Shown: positions 17,498-26,136, numbered from the stretch's first letter. The stretch: DNA of 64,000 nt from a virus (IMGVR_UViG_3300045996_002689:484-64483), one strand, 5' to 3'. Made by a program: numbers and translations. The notes: generated from the letters alone by a model not told the origin.

Positions 17498-17895
17498 TGG
17501 CTAAAGCATTGGTTATTGCCAAAATGAAAACAGGCGCACTCACGCGCGGTCAAATCGACGTGCCGCAAGGCGTTAACTTTGTGCATGACGGCAGCGTGAT
17601 TTTGCCTGGAAATTACAAGCTTTTTGTCATCACGGGCACAGGGGCGCAACTCACCAGCGTCTCTCAGCACGCCAATTTTCTCGTCGGGCAGCAAATCTTG
17701 ATCAAGGCGGATGGCTCCTACGATTGGGAGAACGCGCACACAGCGATAGCGCCTGGAGCGATCACCACGATCAATACCTGGCTTGTCGCCAATGGGCACA
17801 CGCCTCTCCAGGCTGGCGACAACATCGTGACGCTGGTTCGCAAGTTCCAGCCGGACTATGAGCCTGGCACATGCGACGTTTTCGACGGCGGTTAG
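17497..17895 (+). CDS. hypothetical protein, possible fibre chaperone
   Basis: TGATG coupling to the upstream gene. Confidence 0.6.
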   Translation: MAKALVIAKMKTGALTRGQIDVPQGVNFVHDGSVILPGNYKLFVITGTGAQLTSVSQHANFLVGQQILIKADGSYDWENAHTAIAPGAITTINTWLVANGHTPLQAGDNIVTLVRKFQPDYEPGTCDVFDGG

Positions 17896-17973
17896 ATGGC
17901 AAAGGAAACTCAGGATGGGACGAAGAACCGCATGTGATGTCGATGGCTTGCTTGTCTACGTGGAGGTGTAAGC

Positions 17974-19383
17974 GTGGCCTCTCTTGCCCTATTGGGCGCA
18001 GGCCCATCCAGCCCGCTGGCGGTCGCACAGGCGGTTCTGCTCTTGCACGATGAGTTTACCGGCGCGGGCGGCACCCTGCTGGGCGACCATGTGCCCGACA
18101 GCCATTGGGAGTGGAGCGGCTATTTTACGGGCGGGCAAGCGGCAAACACCTGGGCGCTTAACGGCGACGGCACCCTTTCGCAGACCGCCAACCCGACGAC
18201 CACCGCCCGCGCCTACCACGCCTGGATCAAGGCTGGCTCCAGCGACATCAAAGTTTCCACGATAATGACAAGCGCCGCCAGCGGCAACTTCAGGGCGGGA
18301 CTTGTCGCCCGCCTTTCCGATGCCAACAACATGTGGAAGGCGATGCTCAACAAGGCCACCAACAACCTGGAGCTTGTGCAGACAGCCAGCGGTGCCGATA
18401 CGGTGCGCGCTTCGGCCTCGATGGGCACGCTCGCCAATAACACCGCCTATCCCTTGGAGTTTGAGTGCGTGGGCAACACGCTGACCGCGCGGAGCGGCGC
18501 GGTATCGTGCAGCTTTACAAGCGCCACCCACCAGACTCGACTCAACGTGGGTTTTACCGAGCTAGTGGCGGTCGGGGAGGCGCACAATAAATTTAGTGCG
18601 CTAGAGGTATACAGGGCCAACAATAATATCCTGCCCACACGCTTTTTCTTTTCGGGTGCCGATGGATCGGAGGCGACCGAGTGGGACATGGTGAGCGTGA
18701 CCGGCATCGCCAGCAACAACCGCGCCGAGGTCAACGGCAACTGGCGTTGGCGCTTGCAGATCACCGCCAACAACCTCACGTCGGCCTACCGGTTGGAGTT
18801 CCAATGCGATGCCAGTGGCCCCGTGCCCAACCCCGAAGCGGTGCATTGGATCAAGAATTTACCCGACGAAGCCTATTACGAGTGTTATTATTGGTTCCCG
18901 TCGCAGGTGCAGCGGTTGGGCGGTTTTTGGAACATCCTGCAATGGAAGCAGCGCGACGTGACAGCGACAACCTGGCCGGTCTACGCGCTCAACGTCGGCT
19001 GGACAACCGACCACATGCACTTTGAGTTAAACAGCAACATGGCCGCAGACGGCTCCTACAACGGCGAGCAACCCGACCTGAGCGAAGTGCATTACGCCGT
19101 GCCGGTGGGACAGTGGGTCAAGATCACCGCCCTCTATCGCTGGCACGCCAGCAACGGGCGCGTGGCTTTTTGGCTTGACAACAACCTGATGTGGGACTTT
19201 GACAACATCCCTACGCTCTTTACCACGGGGCAGGATTGGACGGCTCCGCAGAACCCGCGCCAGTTTGCCGTCAACAACTACGCCGACAACCTGGGGGCGA
19301 GCGCGGTCAACCTTTACCTGGACAATATCAGTGTCGCTTTTTTGGCGCAGGCCGACAACTACCCGACCGGAGCGCCGGTGTAG
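17974..19383 (+). CDS. putative head fibre protein 2 with C-terminal polysaccharide-lyase-like domain
   Basis: N-terminal ALLGAG...LLLHDEFT; C-terminal EAYYECYYWFP...WNILQWKQ...VPVGQWVKI...GRVAFWLD...LYLDN. Confidence 0.6.
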   Translation: MASLALLGAGPSSPLAVAQAVLLLHDEFTGAGGTLLGDHVPDSHWEWSGYFTGGQAANTWALNGDGTLSQTANPTTTARAYHAWIKAGSSDIKVSTIMTSAASGNFRAGLVARLSDANNMWKAMLNKATNNLELVQTASGADTVRASASMGTLANNTAYPLEFECVGNTLTARSGAVSCSFTSATHQTRLNVGFTELVAVGEAHNKFSALEVYRANNNILPTRFFFSGADGSEATEWDMVSVTGIASNNRAEVNGNWRWRLQITANNLTSAYRLEFQCDASGPVPNPEAVHWIKNLPDEAYYECYYWFPSQVQRLGGFWNILQWKQRDVTATTWPVYALNVGWTTDHMHFELNSNMAADGSYNGEQPDLSEVHYAVPVGQWVKITALYRWHASNGRVAFWLDNNLMWDFDNIPTLFTTGQDWTAPQNPRQFAVNNYADNLGASAVNLYLDNISVAFLAQADNYPTGAPV

Positions 19384-19401
19384 CGAGAAAGGAAACCTAG
19401 C

Positions 19402-19722
19402 ATGAGATGGCGAATTGTATGCACGATAGCTCTTACGGTTATCGCAATAACTTTAGGAGCCTGTCACAAAGAGAGCGGTGTCTTTCACTGGATCACGCCC
19501 GAAGCGGTAGAAGCGGGACAACCGCCCCTGCCCACGGTCGCGCCCACCGTCGCGCCTGCGCCCACCATCAAGGGCAACATCGACGCCCAGGGGCGCAAGA
19601 TTTACCACGTCCCAGGCAGTCCCAACTACAACCAGGTGGTGATTGACGAATCGAAGGGCGAGCGCATGTTCTACACCGAGGCGGAGGCAGTTGCAGCGGG
19701 GTGGACAAAAGCAGGAAACTGA
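19402..19722 (+). CDS. secreted/lipoprotein with nuclease-associated IKGNI...YHVPG...EAEAVAAGW domain
   Basis: Signal peptide with LGAC lipobox; characteristic C-terminal motif. Confidence 0.75.
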   Translation: MRWRIVCTIALTVIAITLGACHKESGVFHWITPEAVEAGQPPLPTVAPTVAPAPTIKGNIDAQGRKIYHVPGSPNYNQVVIDESKGERMFYTEAEAVAAGWTKAGN

Positions 19723-19787
19723 TCTAGAATGTAGAAGCTGAACACGGGTTTCAGCGGGCGAAGTCAACAACAAACCAAGAGTCAAAG

Positions 19788-19828
19788 GAAGAGAGCTACT
19801 GTGTCTTTCACCGCAGTAGCTCTCTTCT
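19788..19828. terminator. bidirectional terminator-like hairpin
   Basis: GAAGAGAGCTACTG...CAGTAGCTCTCTTC between convergent genes. Confidence 0.75.
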
Positions 19829-19830
19829 GT

Positions 19831-20031
19831 TTAGTAGGGAAACGCCTCATCGACAATGCTCTTGATGCGCTGCAACACCCTTGCCGCCTTGTGCGGGGCG
19901 TAGAACCAGTTGACGGCGGCATCCTGCAAATCTACATCGTCAAGCTCGCTGATCTTGACCCCCTTGGCGGCGGCGATCCAGACCAGTTGTGTGTCATCCA
20001 ACGTCACCGTGATCGTCACTGTTCGCGACAT
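19831..20031 (-). CDS. hypothetical protein
   Basis: GGAG RBS before MSRTVTITV. Confidence 0.55.
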   Translation of the reverse strand: MSRTVTITVTLDDTQLVWIAAAKGVKISELDDVDLQDAAVNWFYAPHKAARVLQRIKSIVDEAFPY

Positions 20032-20236
20032 ACTCCGCTCCTTCCGTTGGCGGGCTGGCAAAAAAGTTGCAGTCGCGCACGACGACATTGCGCACGTCGC
20101 ACACCTTGGCGAACGCCTTGAGCGCGGCGATCTTTACCCTGTCGCCACAGGGCGCATGGACGATCTGCATGATCGCGGAACGGGCTTCCCTGACGGCATC
20201 GGTCGATGCGCCTATTTGCAACATGCTCTCTGTCAT
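19994..20236 (-). CDS. hypothetical protein
   Basis: ATGA coupling within the minus-strand operon. Confidence 0.5.
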   Translation of the reverse strand: MTESMLQIGASTDAVREARSAIMQIVHAPCGDRVKIAALKAFAKVCDVRNVVVRDCNFFASPPTEGAEYVANSDDHGDVG

Positions 20237-20445
20237 GGCTGTTGTGTCCCTTTCAGCTTGTCGTTGATCCACTTGATTTCCGAGAGGCGGTAGCGAACCG
20301 CCGCCTGGATAAAGTCGGCCACCTCTGCCTGTGTCAGTTGCGAGGCGTCCTCTTTGCCGTAGGCTTGCGCCAACAGCTTGCCTTCTTCTGCGCTAAACTC
20401 GATGGTGTCATTCGCCAGGGGTTCCACTTGTTCTTCTCTGTTCAT
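20233..20445 (-). CDS. hypothetical protein
   Basis: AAGGAG RBS before MNREEQ. Confidence 0.55.
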   Translation of the reverse strand: MNREEQVEPLANDTIEFSAEEGKLLAQAYGKEDASQLTQAEVADFIQAAVRYRLSEIKWINDKLKGTQQP

Positions 20446-20459
20446 GTGCCAGTTCTCCT

Positions 20460-21080
20460 TCACTTTAGCTCGATAACGATTTGCCTGCCGGTCACTGTAA
20501 ATACAGGCGGTCGCTTGGCGCGTGACGGTTCGGGTTCTGGCGCAGGCGCGGGAGCCAAGGTCATGCCCTGGTTCCAGATGTAGATGGCCCTTCCTCTCGA
20601 CTCGGTAGCCGCTCCCTCCAGCCCGCACCGAAAACACTTGGCGTAGACCCCCTTCTTGAGATAGGGAGGGCTTCCGCCCGTGATCACAACCAGATCGGCT
20701 TCCGCCCCGCAGCGGTGGCATGGCACCAGGGCGGTGGCGACCTGCTCTGTGTCCACCTGAAAAACTCCCCGATTGTCGTCAAAGGTCACGAACCCATCCG
20801 GCTCTGCGGTGAACACGTTGTCCTGCACGCGCAAGTCGTCCCCGATCACGGTGCCCCAGGGCGTTGTGATGGTGCTGCCCCTGTAGCCGTATACGTAGCC
20901 GCCAAGAAGCGGCATAGCGGTCGAGGGATCAATCTGTATCTGTGGCACGGCGGTGTTTTCCTGTATCCTTGTGAGCGCCTCTCGAATCGCCTGCGCTTCC
21001 TCCTGTCTCTCCCTCTGCGCCTTGTTCCACCTCTCCCGTTCCCGCGCTTGTTGCGCCCACAGGCTGTCCTTGCGTCCCAC
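20460..21080 (-). CDS. protein with Lar-like (restriction alleviation) Zn ribbon
   Basis: PCHRCG...CFRCG...AIYIWN. Confidence 0.6.
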   Translation of the reverse strand: MGRKDSLWAQQARERERWNKAQRERQEEAQAIREALTRIQENTAVPQIQIDPSTAMPLLGGYVYGYRGSTITTPWGTVIGDDLRVQDNVFTAEPDGFVTFDDNRGVFQVDTEQVATALVPCHRCGAEADLVVITGGSPPYLKKGVYAKCFRCGLEGAATESRGRAIYIWNQGMTLAPAPAPEPEPSRAKRPPVFTVTGRQIVIELK

Positions 21081-21300
21081 GCGTTGTCCCCTTTCTGATC
21101 ACGTTGTACAGCACGTTGTTCTGGTCGCGGCGGCGCGTCACCTGCCAGCCGTCATGCTCCATCTGCGCGATGGCGTTGGTCACGGTGGTGGGCGACACGT
21201 TGTAGCTCTTCGCCAAGGCCGTTGCCGTAAACCAATTCAGGCGATTCTGGATGTCGCCAAAGAGCTTCTCCAGGTGGTCGCGCGTTGTAAGCCTGCTCAT
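20929..21300 (-). CDS. winged-helix HTH protein
   Basis: FTATALAKSYNVSPTTVTNAIAQMEHDGW. Confidence 0.7.
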   Translation of the reverse strand: MSRLTTRDHLEKLFGDIQNRLNWFTATALAKSYNVSPTTVTNAIAQMEHDGWQVTRRRDQNNVLYNVIRKGTTRGTQGQPVGATSAGTGEVEQGAEGETGGSAGDSRGAHKDTGKHRRATDTD

Positions 21301-21423
21301 GTGCGTTCCTTTCCGAGATTGCGCGTTGTTTACGCGTCACATTCTCGCACAAACTTGCTCTTTATGCAATGGGCAATTACAATGGGTTTGCGACCGATTC
21401 TACTACAACAAGGAGATTTCCAC

Positions 21424-21675
21424 ATGGCGACATCCGGCAAGAACTCGCGGGTAGTGGCGGAGCTAGAGCGATTTTTCAGCCCTGGCAACCCAGGGTACGG
21501 CAAGCAGTACACGGCGCTGGCTCTAGCGACACGCCTGCGCTTTAGCGAGAACAGCATCAGGGGCGCAATCACGGCGCTGACCAAGAAAGGATGGACGGAC
21601 ACAACCGACGACGATCCGGAGCTAGGCCGCTTCCACAGGTTGACGCCGCCGCTTGACAAGCGCGTAGCGGCATGA
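21424..21675 (+). CDS. winged-helix HTH protein
   Basis: YTALALATRLRFSENSIRGAITALTKKGW; AAGGAG RBS. Confidence 0.7.
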   Translation: MATSGKNSRVVAELERFFSPGNPGYGKQYTALALATRLRFSENSIRGAITALTKKGWTDTTDDDPELGRFHRLTPPLDKRVAA

Positions 21676-21927
21676 TACATTGAAGTCCCTAGTTCTTCTG
21701 TGTCTAGTCCCGCTCCTGTTGCGTCCTCAACAGAGGGCGGGACTTTGCTTTGGGAGGCGCTTATGATTGTCGAGGCAATCCGTTGGGTGCTGGAGATTCC
21801 CGTGAGCGAAGAGCGCATCGCCGCCATCAGGCTCTTTGCGGCGCTCTGTTTTGTGGCGGCGCTGACACTCATACTGCAAGAGATAGACGAAGATCGAAGG
21901 CTCTGACAAAACACAAACAATCGGCTA

Positions 21928-21956
21928 TTGACAGGAGCGCGCCCGCCTGCTATAAT
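21928..21956 (+). promoter_or_regulatory. consensus sigma70 promoter for the tRNA-like RNA
   Basis: Perfect TTGACA-17 nt-TATAAT. Confidence 0.85.
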
Positions 21957-21990
21957 CCCTGCAAGGTCGCTCGACCTTACACATAGATAC

Positions 21991-22063
21991 GGGTGGGTAG
22001 CTCAGTCGAGATCAGAGCATCCCCTTCGGAGGAAGGTCGGTGGTTCAAGTCCATCCCCGCCCA
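21991..22063 (+). ncRNA. tRNA-like RNA with anticodon loop replaced by a C(UUCG)G tetraloop
   Basis: Acceptor GGGTGGG/CCCGCCC, D arm GCTC/GAGC, T arm GGTGG-TTCAAGT-CCATC, variable loop AGGTC; 14-nt anticodon arm TCCCC-TTCG-GAGGA. Confidence 0.8.
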
Positions 22064-22091
22064 CAAGTACCCTGACAGGTACACGAAGTAC

Positions 22092-22136
22092 AAAGAGAGT
22101 GATGCTGGATTATTTCAGTATCGCTCTCTTTTTTTT
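22092..22136 (+). terminator. intrinsic terminator after the tRNA-like RNA
   Basis: AAAGAGAGTGATGCTG...CAGTATCGCTCTCTTT followed by a T run. Confidence 0.85.
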
Positions 22137-22141
22137 GCCCC

Positions 22142-22170
22142 TTGACAAAACAAATGAGTGCGTCTATAAT
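22142..22170 (+). promoter_or_regulatory. consensus sigma70 promoter
   Basis: Perfect TTGACA-17 nt-TATAAT. Confidence 0.85.
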
Positions 22171-22221
22171 GCCCGTAGTGCGTCGATTCCGACGCTTTGT
22201 AACGCACAGAAAGGAAAGCGC

Positions 22222-22590
22222 ATGGCAAACCTAATCAACCTCAGTCCCCACCCCGCCTTTGTTTTTATCAACAGCTTTCTCACCAGCATGATCGGGCACC
22301 CCTGTGAGTGCAGGAGTTGCGCGCAGAACCGCGAGAGCGCCTTTGGCGCACAGGTGTGGCTCTACTCGGTGGCGACCAAGATTCCCCAGGTAAAGGGACT
22401 TGCCGACATGGTGGAAGGGCAGGCAGAGATCGCCGTGCCCATGCCCCCACCCGTTGTCGAGACGCCCGAAGAGGTGATCCGCTTGGTCGAGGGGCAACTG
22501 GCGCGCGGCTTTGTCAAGGGGGCGCAACTGGCGGTCATATCGGGCTGGTTGGAGTCGGTTAAGGCTCTGTCGGGCTACGGGGAGGGCTGA
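22222..22590 (+). CDS. hypothetical protein
   Basis: AAGGA RBS; CECRSC motif. Confidence 0.65.
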   Translation: MANLINLSPHPAFVFINSFLTSMIGHPCECRSCAQNRESAFGAQVWLYSVATKIPQVKGLADMVEGQAEIAVPMPPPVVETPEEVIRLVEGQLARGFVKGAQLAVISGWLESVKALSGYGEG

Positions 22591-22856
22591 TGGCAAAAGG
22601 GAAGAAGTCACCGGCGCAGGATGTGGCGCGCAGCGCGGTCATTATGCAGAACAACCAGGCTATCTTTGACCAGTTGATCGAGATGGGCAGGGCATTACCC
22701 AAGGAACAACAAGACCTCTTGCGTGAGGCGCTTGTCGGTCTTGAGGCAACCGTAAGCGCCTATGGCGGCATCGGCGTCATGGCGCTGGGCATGTTGGCGC
22801 TCCAGATGATCATGGAGATGGAGAAAGAAGTGCTGGATGGAGGAATACCTGAGTGA
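22590..22856 (+). CDS. hypothetical protein
   Basis: TGATG coupling. Confidence 0.65.
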   Translation: MAKGKKSPAQDVARSAVIMQNNQAIFDQLIEMGRALPKEQQDLLREALVGLEATVSAYGGIGVMALGMLALQMIMEMEKEVLDGGIPE

Positions 22857-23049
22857 CCGCAAGGCGATTGATGGCTTTGTGTTTGCCGTCGTTATCTGGC
22901 TGGTCTTTAGCATGGGCAGTTGCAGCAGGGCGCTTGTCTACGACTATCCGGCCATGAAACAGCGGTGTGTGGCGACAAAGACGAAGCTTTTAGAACCCCG
23001 CGTTATCGAGCGGTGTTATGCGCGGGAAGAAACCATGACAGGAGAATAG
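22837..23049 (+). CDS. small membrane protein
   Basis: Hydrophobic segment; operon packing. Confidence 0.5.
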   Translation: MEEYLSDRKAIDGFVFAVVIWLVFSMGSCSRALVYDYPAMKQRCVATKTKLLEPRVIERCYAREETMTGE

Positions 23050-23051
23050 GG

Positions 23052-23408
23052 ATGGAACTGAAAAAGAGCTACAGGATTTACAAGTGGACGCCCAACGCCC
23101 AACGCCAGCGGGCGGGGTACGGGACGCACTTCATGGTCGAGACGGACATAGAGAGCATGCTGGAGGTGTATGAGGCGCAGGAGGCCGTCCCGCGTCTATG
23201 GGCGGAGCAGGGCGGCGAACTGACACGCCTTGTCGAGATGCCCGAAGAGGTGCTGGAGCTTATCATGGCATGGATCGAGAATCTGGACGAGATCGCAGGC
23301 AGCGGCATGGCGGTGATGACCCAGGACTCCATCGAGAAGTCCGAAATCCTCTTCGCCTGGCGCGCCAAGGTGTTGGGGAAAGAGGCGGGTTATGGCGGAC
23401 GATCCTAA
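23052..23408 (+). CDS. hypothetical protein
   Basis: AGGAGAATAGGG leader. Confidence 0.65.
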   Translation: MELKKSYRIYKWTPNAQRQRAGYGTHFMVETDIESMLEVYEAQEAVPRLWAEQGGELTRLVEMPEEVLELIMAWIENLDEIAGSGMAVMTQDSIEKSEILFAWRAKVLGKEAGYGGRS

Positions 23409-23682
23409 TCTGCAAGGCGCGCTGACCGGCACCCTCTGCGGCATACCCGCCTTTACCTTTATCGTGCTGGCCTTTCTTCTTGCGATGCTCGGAAAGGTAG
23501 AGCAGCGCGGCAGCGAGGCCGAACTAAGAGAGGCAGAGAGGCTCAAGGAGCTAGATGCACCGCCCGAACTGGTCGAAGAAGCTGTGCAACGGTCGTCTCG
23601 CTACTGGTGGGGCGTTGTGATCTGCACCTTGTTTTTTGTGCTGGCGCTGGCAGGTTTTGTCATCGCCTACGGCAATCCATAA
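23392..23682 (+). CDS. two-TM membrane protein
   Basis: Two hydrophobic helices. Confidence 0.6.
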   Translation: MADDPNLQGALTGTLCGIPAFTFIVLAFLLAMLGKVEQRGSEAELREAERLKELDAPPELVEEAVQRSSRYWWGVVICTLFFVLALAGFVIAYGNP

Positions 23683-23715
23683 ATTTATTCCAACAACAAC
23701 AGGAGAACAAACACC

Positions 23716-24156
23716 ATGTCACCGATTAGGATCAAGATTCGGGAGTCACGCGCCGCCCCTGGCCCCAACGAAGCGGCACGCGAGATCGAGGCGGAGTACA
23801 GCAGCGAGTATTTTGACCAGGCGCAGTTTGGCGACGTGCTGCAAAAGCTCAACTACGAGATCGAAGGCAAGTTTGCCGAGTGGGAAAAGGAGATGCGCGT
23901 GCGTTTCGAGTTTGACAGCCACCGCAACGCGCTGCGTGAGCTTGTCAACGCTGTCTGCGCGGAGGGATGGATGGAGCCGATGGGGGCGCGTGTCGATATG
24001 GCCGCGGCGGTGTTGCCGGAGAGCGAGATGGAGCAATTTCGCCAACACATCGAAGTCGCCAAGGAGATACACAAGGCGCTCCAGGAGATGCAAAAGAGGG
24101 GCGGGCGCACCATCGGTCACGGTCACTTTGGCGACTTTGGCATCCATTCGGAGTAA
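23716..24156 (+). CDS. hypothetical protein
   Basis: CAGGAGAAC leader. Confidence 0.7.
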   Translation: MSPIRIKIRESRAAPGPNEAAREIEAEYSSEYFDQAQFGDVLQKLNYEIEGKFAEWEKEMRVRFEFDSHRNALRELVNAVCAEGWMEPMGARVDMAAAVLPESEMEQFRQHIEVAKEIHKALQEMQKRGGRTIGHGHFGDFGIHSE

Positions 24157-24186
24157 GGGCGGGCACCAGGAGAGCGGGGAGGGCGC

Positions 24187-25077
24187 ATGGACGGATGGCA
24201 GATCGAGAACGCCGTCAGGGGAGAAAAGTTGCTCTATAGCAGGGACGGCACCTTTGGCGTGGATGGCGTCGAAGTTGTCTACTTCATCGAGTGCAGTACT
24301 GCACTCAAGGACAAATCTTCTAGGAAAACCGACTTCAGCAAGGTCTTTGTCAAGGTGGCAGGGACGCGCAAGGAAGCGTTGTCCTACAACGGCAAGTCGA
24401 CCTATCACGGCCTGGCGATGGCAAGTAAACTTGCGCCCTGCACGGAGAAGATGCACAGGCGCTTGGAGAGAGTCCGGCGCGAGATGGCGGAGTTTAGCAA
24501 CAGCTTTAAGGAACTGGCCCAGGGACGCAAGCGCCCACAAGGAGAGCGTGAGGATGCCCCACTTGTGATTATTGCGCCAACGCCACGCTACGACCTCTTT
24601 ATGCAAAAGCAGCTTCGCAAAGAGGCGGTCGCTGTGGCAGTTGGCGACGAGCCAAAAGAGAAAGAGAAGCAGAATGAAGAGAGCGTTAAGTCCGCCACCC
24701 CTAAGCCCCGCACCGTCACCCTCGATGATCTCGTTGCCGAAGCAGTCAGGGGCATCACCAGTCGCGGCGGAGAAGAACTCGACCGCCAAATCTACCGAGT
24801 CGCCCAAGAGGTTTCCCAAGCCACGGGGATCAGCTTCGGCTACGTCCTCGATAACGTCCGCGCCGTCGTCCTCGACCTCATCGAAGAAGAGAACTGGTGG
24901 CAAAGAACCAGAGAAGCCAGCAAGAGTGCGGATCAACGTTTTTATCGCGAGGGAGGCATACCAAGCCCTGTTGAAACTGGCGGGGAGCGACAAGCGAATG
25001 GGGACGTGGATCGAGAAGGCGATCCTCTCCGCCCACGACAAGGAGCAGGAGCAGTCGGTCAGCGAGGCAATGGATAG
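24187..25077 (+). CDS. hypothetical protein
   Basis: 296 aa, GGAGG RBS; 3' end overlaps an RHH-like frame ending at 25126. Confidence 0.6.
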   Translation: MDGWQIENAVRGEKLLYSRDGTFGVDGVEVVYFIECSTALKDKSSRKTDFSKVFVKVAGTRKEALSYNGKSTYHGLAMASKLAPCTEKMHRRLERVRREMAEFSNSFKELAQGRKRPQGEREDAPLVIIAPTPRYDLFMQKQLRKEAVAVAVGDEPKEKEKQNEESVKSATPKPRTVTLDDLVAEAVRGITSRGGEELDRQIYRVAQEVSQATGISFGYVLDNVRAVVLDLIEEENWWQRTREASKSADQRFYREGGIPSPVETGGERQANGDVDREGDPLRPRQGAGAVGQRGNG

Positions 25078-25133
25078 GTTGCGGCTGGCAAAAGATTCGC
25101 TCGATAAGGTCTTTGGCAAGAAGTGAAGAAGGG

Positions 25134-25165
25134 AAAGAGGGGAGAAAATCTCTCCCCTCTTTTTT
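25134..25165. terminator. terminator between convergent genes
   Basis: AAAGAGGGGAGA-AAATC-TCTCCCCTCTTTTTT. Confidence 0.8.
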
Positions 25166-26018
25166 ATTGGAGCCAGTCCACGCTGGGCAACTCGGCGCGC
25201 TTTACATAACGTTGGGTGGTGACAATCGAGGCGTGCCCCAGAACCGCCTGCGCCTCTACGATGTTGCCCTCCGCCAGCTTGGTCGCCACATAGCGGCGGA
25301 AGTCGTGGGGCGATGCGTCTATGCCCATCTTGCGGGCCGCTTCCACCACGACATTGTATGCGCCCTGGGTGGTGATGGGTTTGTCGACGGCGCGCATGCT
25401 GCGTCCTGCAAAGCTGTTGAAGAGCCAGGCGCTTGCGATCTCGCGCGCAAAAAGCCAGGCGGTCAAATTAACCTCCGTGACCTGGGCGACCGGTACCGCC
25501 CGCGGGCGAATGTCGGTTTTTCCCTGCACGTAGATCACACGCTCAGGGATGCGCCACTGGTCGCCGCGTAGTCCACACAATTCTTCAATGCGCACACCCG
25601 ATGTCGCAAGCAGACACAGCATCGCCTTATCGCGTAAACCCTTGGGGGTAGAAGTGTCGATGTTGTCGATGATCTCCTGCACGGCGATGTCGTCAAGCGG
25701 CACATTGCCCTTGCGCAGCCTGTCGCGCAGCGCGCGCACGCTCACCGAAGCAATGGCGCGCACCTGCGTGTAAAGCTCCACAGAAACGCTGCCAGCGGCC
25801 ACAGAAGCCGCAAAGATGCTCTTGATGGCAGATAGGGCGCTGTTGATGGTATTGGGGCTGTAGCGGGCTTCCACAAGGCTTGTGCGCCACGCCAGCACGC
25901 TCCCCGAACTCCACAGCGGCAAGTTGCTACTTACGCAGAAGTCCTCGTACTCGCGCCACGCCTTCTCATAGAGCGTAAGCGTCCTCTCCGAAACGGTGCC
26001 AAGCAACAGTTCTCTCAT
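25164..26018 (-). CDS. tyrosine recombinase (XerC/D-like)
   Basis: Catalytic set SGVRIEE (R), GKT (K), HDFRR, LGH, TQRY; SAM-like N-domain; start at MRELLLG after GGAACTAGGG. Confidence 0.9.
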   Translation of the reverse strand: MRELLLGTVSERTLTLYEKAWREYEDFCVSSNLPLWSSGSVLAWRTSLVEARYSPNTINSALSAIKSIFAASVAAGSVSVELYTQVRAIASVSVRALRDRLRKGNVPLDDIAVQEIIDNIDTSTPKGLRDKAMLCLLATSGVRIEELCGLRGDQWRIPERVIYVQGKTDIRPRAVPVAQVTEVNLTAWLFAREIASAWLFNSFAGRSMRAVDKPITTQGAYNVVVEAARKMGIDASPHDFRRYVATKLAEGNIVEAQAVLGHASIVTTQRYVKRAELPSVDWLQ

Positions 26019-26056
26019 CCCTAGTTCCTTTCTGTGTATCAATAACTGATACATGA

Positions 26057-26084
26057 AGTATATCACATGCACGCCCCTTGTCAA
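26057..26084 (-). promoter_or_regulatory. sigma70-type promoter for the recombinase
   Basis: minus strand TTGACA-16 nt-TATACT. Confidence 0.65.
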
Positions 26085-26136
26085 TGGCTTGTTGAAAAAA
26101 GCGTCATGGCATGATAGCCTGTAAGGGGAGGTAGTT

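Noticed and set aside
21991-22063. Canonical decoding tRNA or attP site
   Set aside because: No 7-nt anticodon loop can be formed. It is full length with its own promoter and 3 kb from the recombinase, so it is not a typical attP fragment, although this is not excluded.
23746-25119. 457-aa minus-strand ORF and similar long shadow ORFs (14439-15386, 29667-30392, 51658-52455, 56577-57437)
   Set aside because: Antisense to well-supported genes with RBSs; expected artefact of high-GC codon bias.
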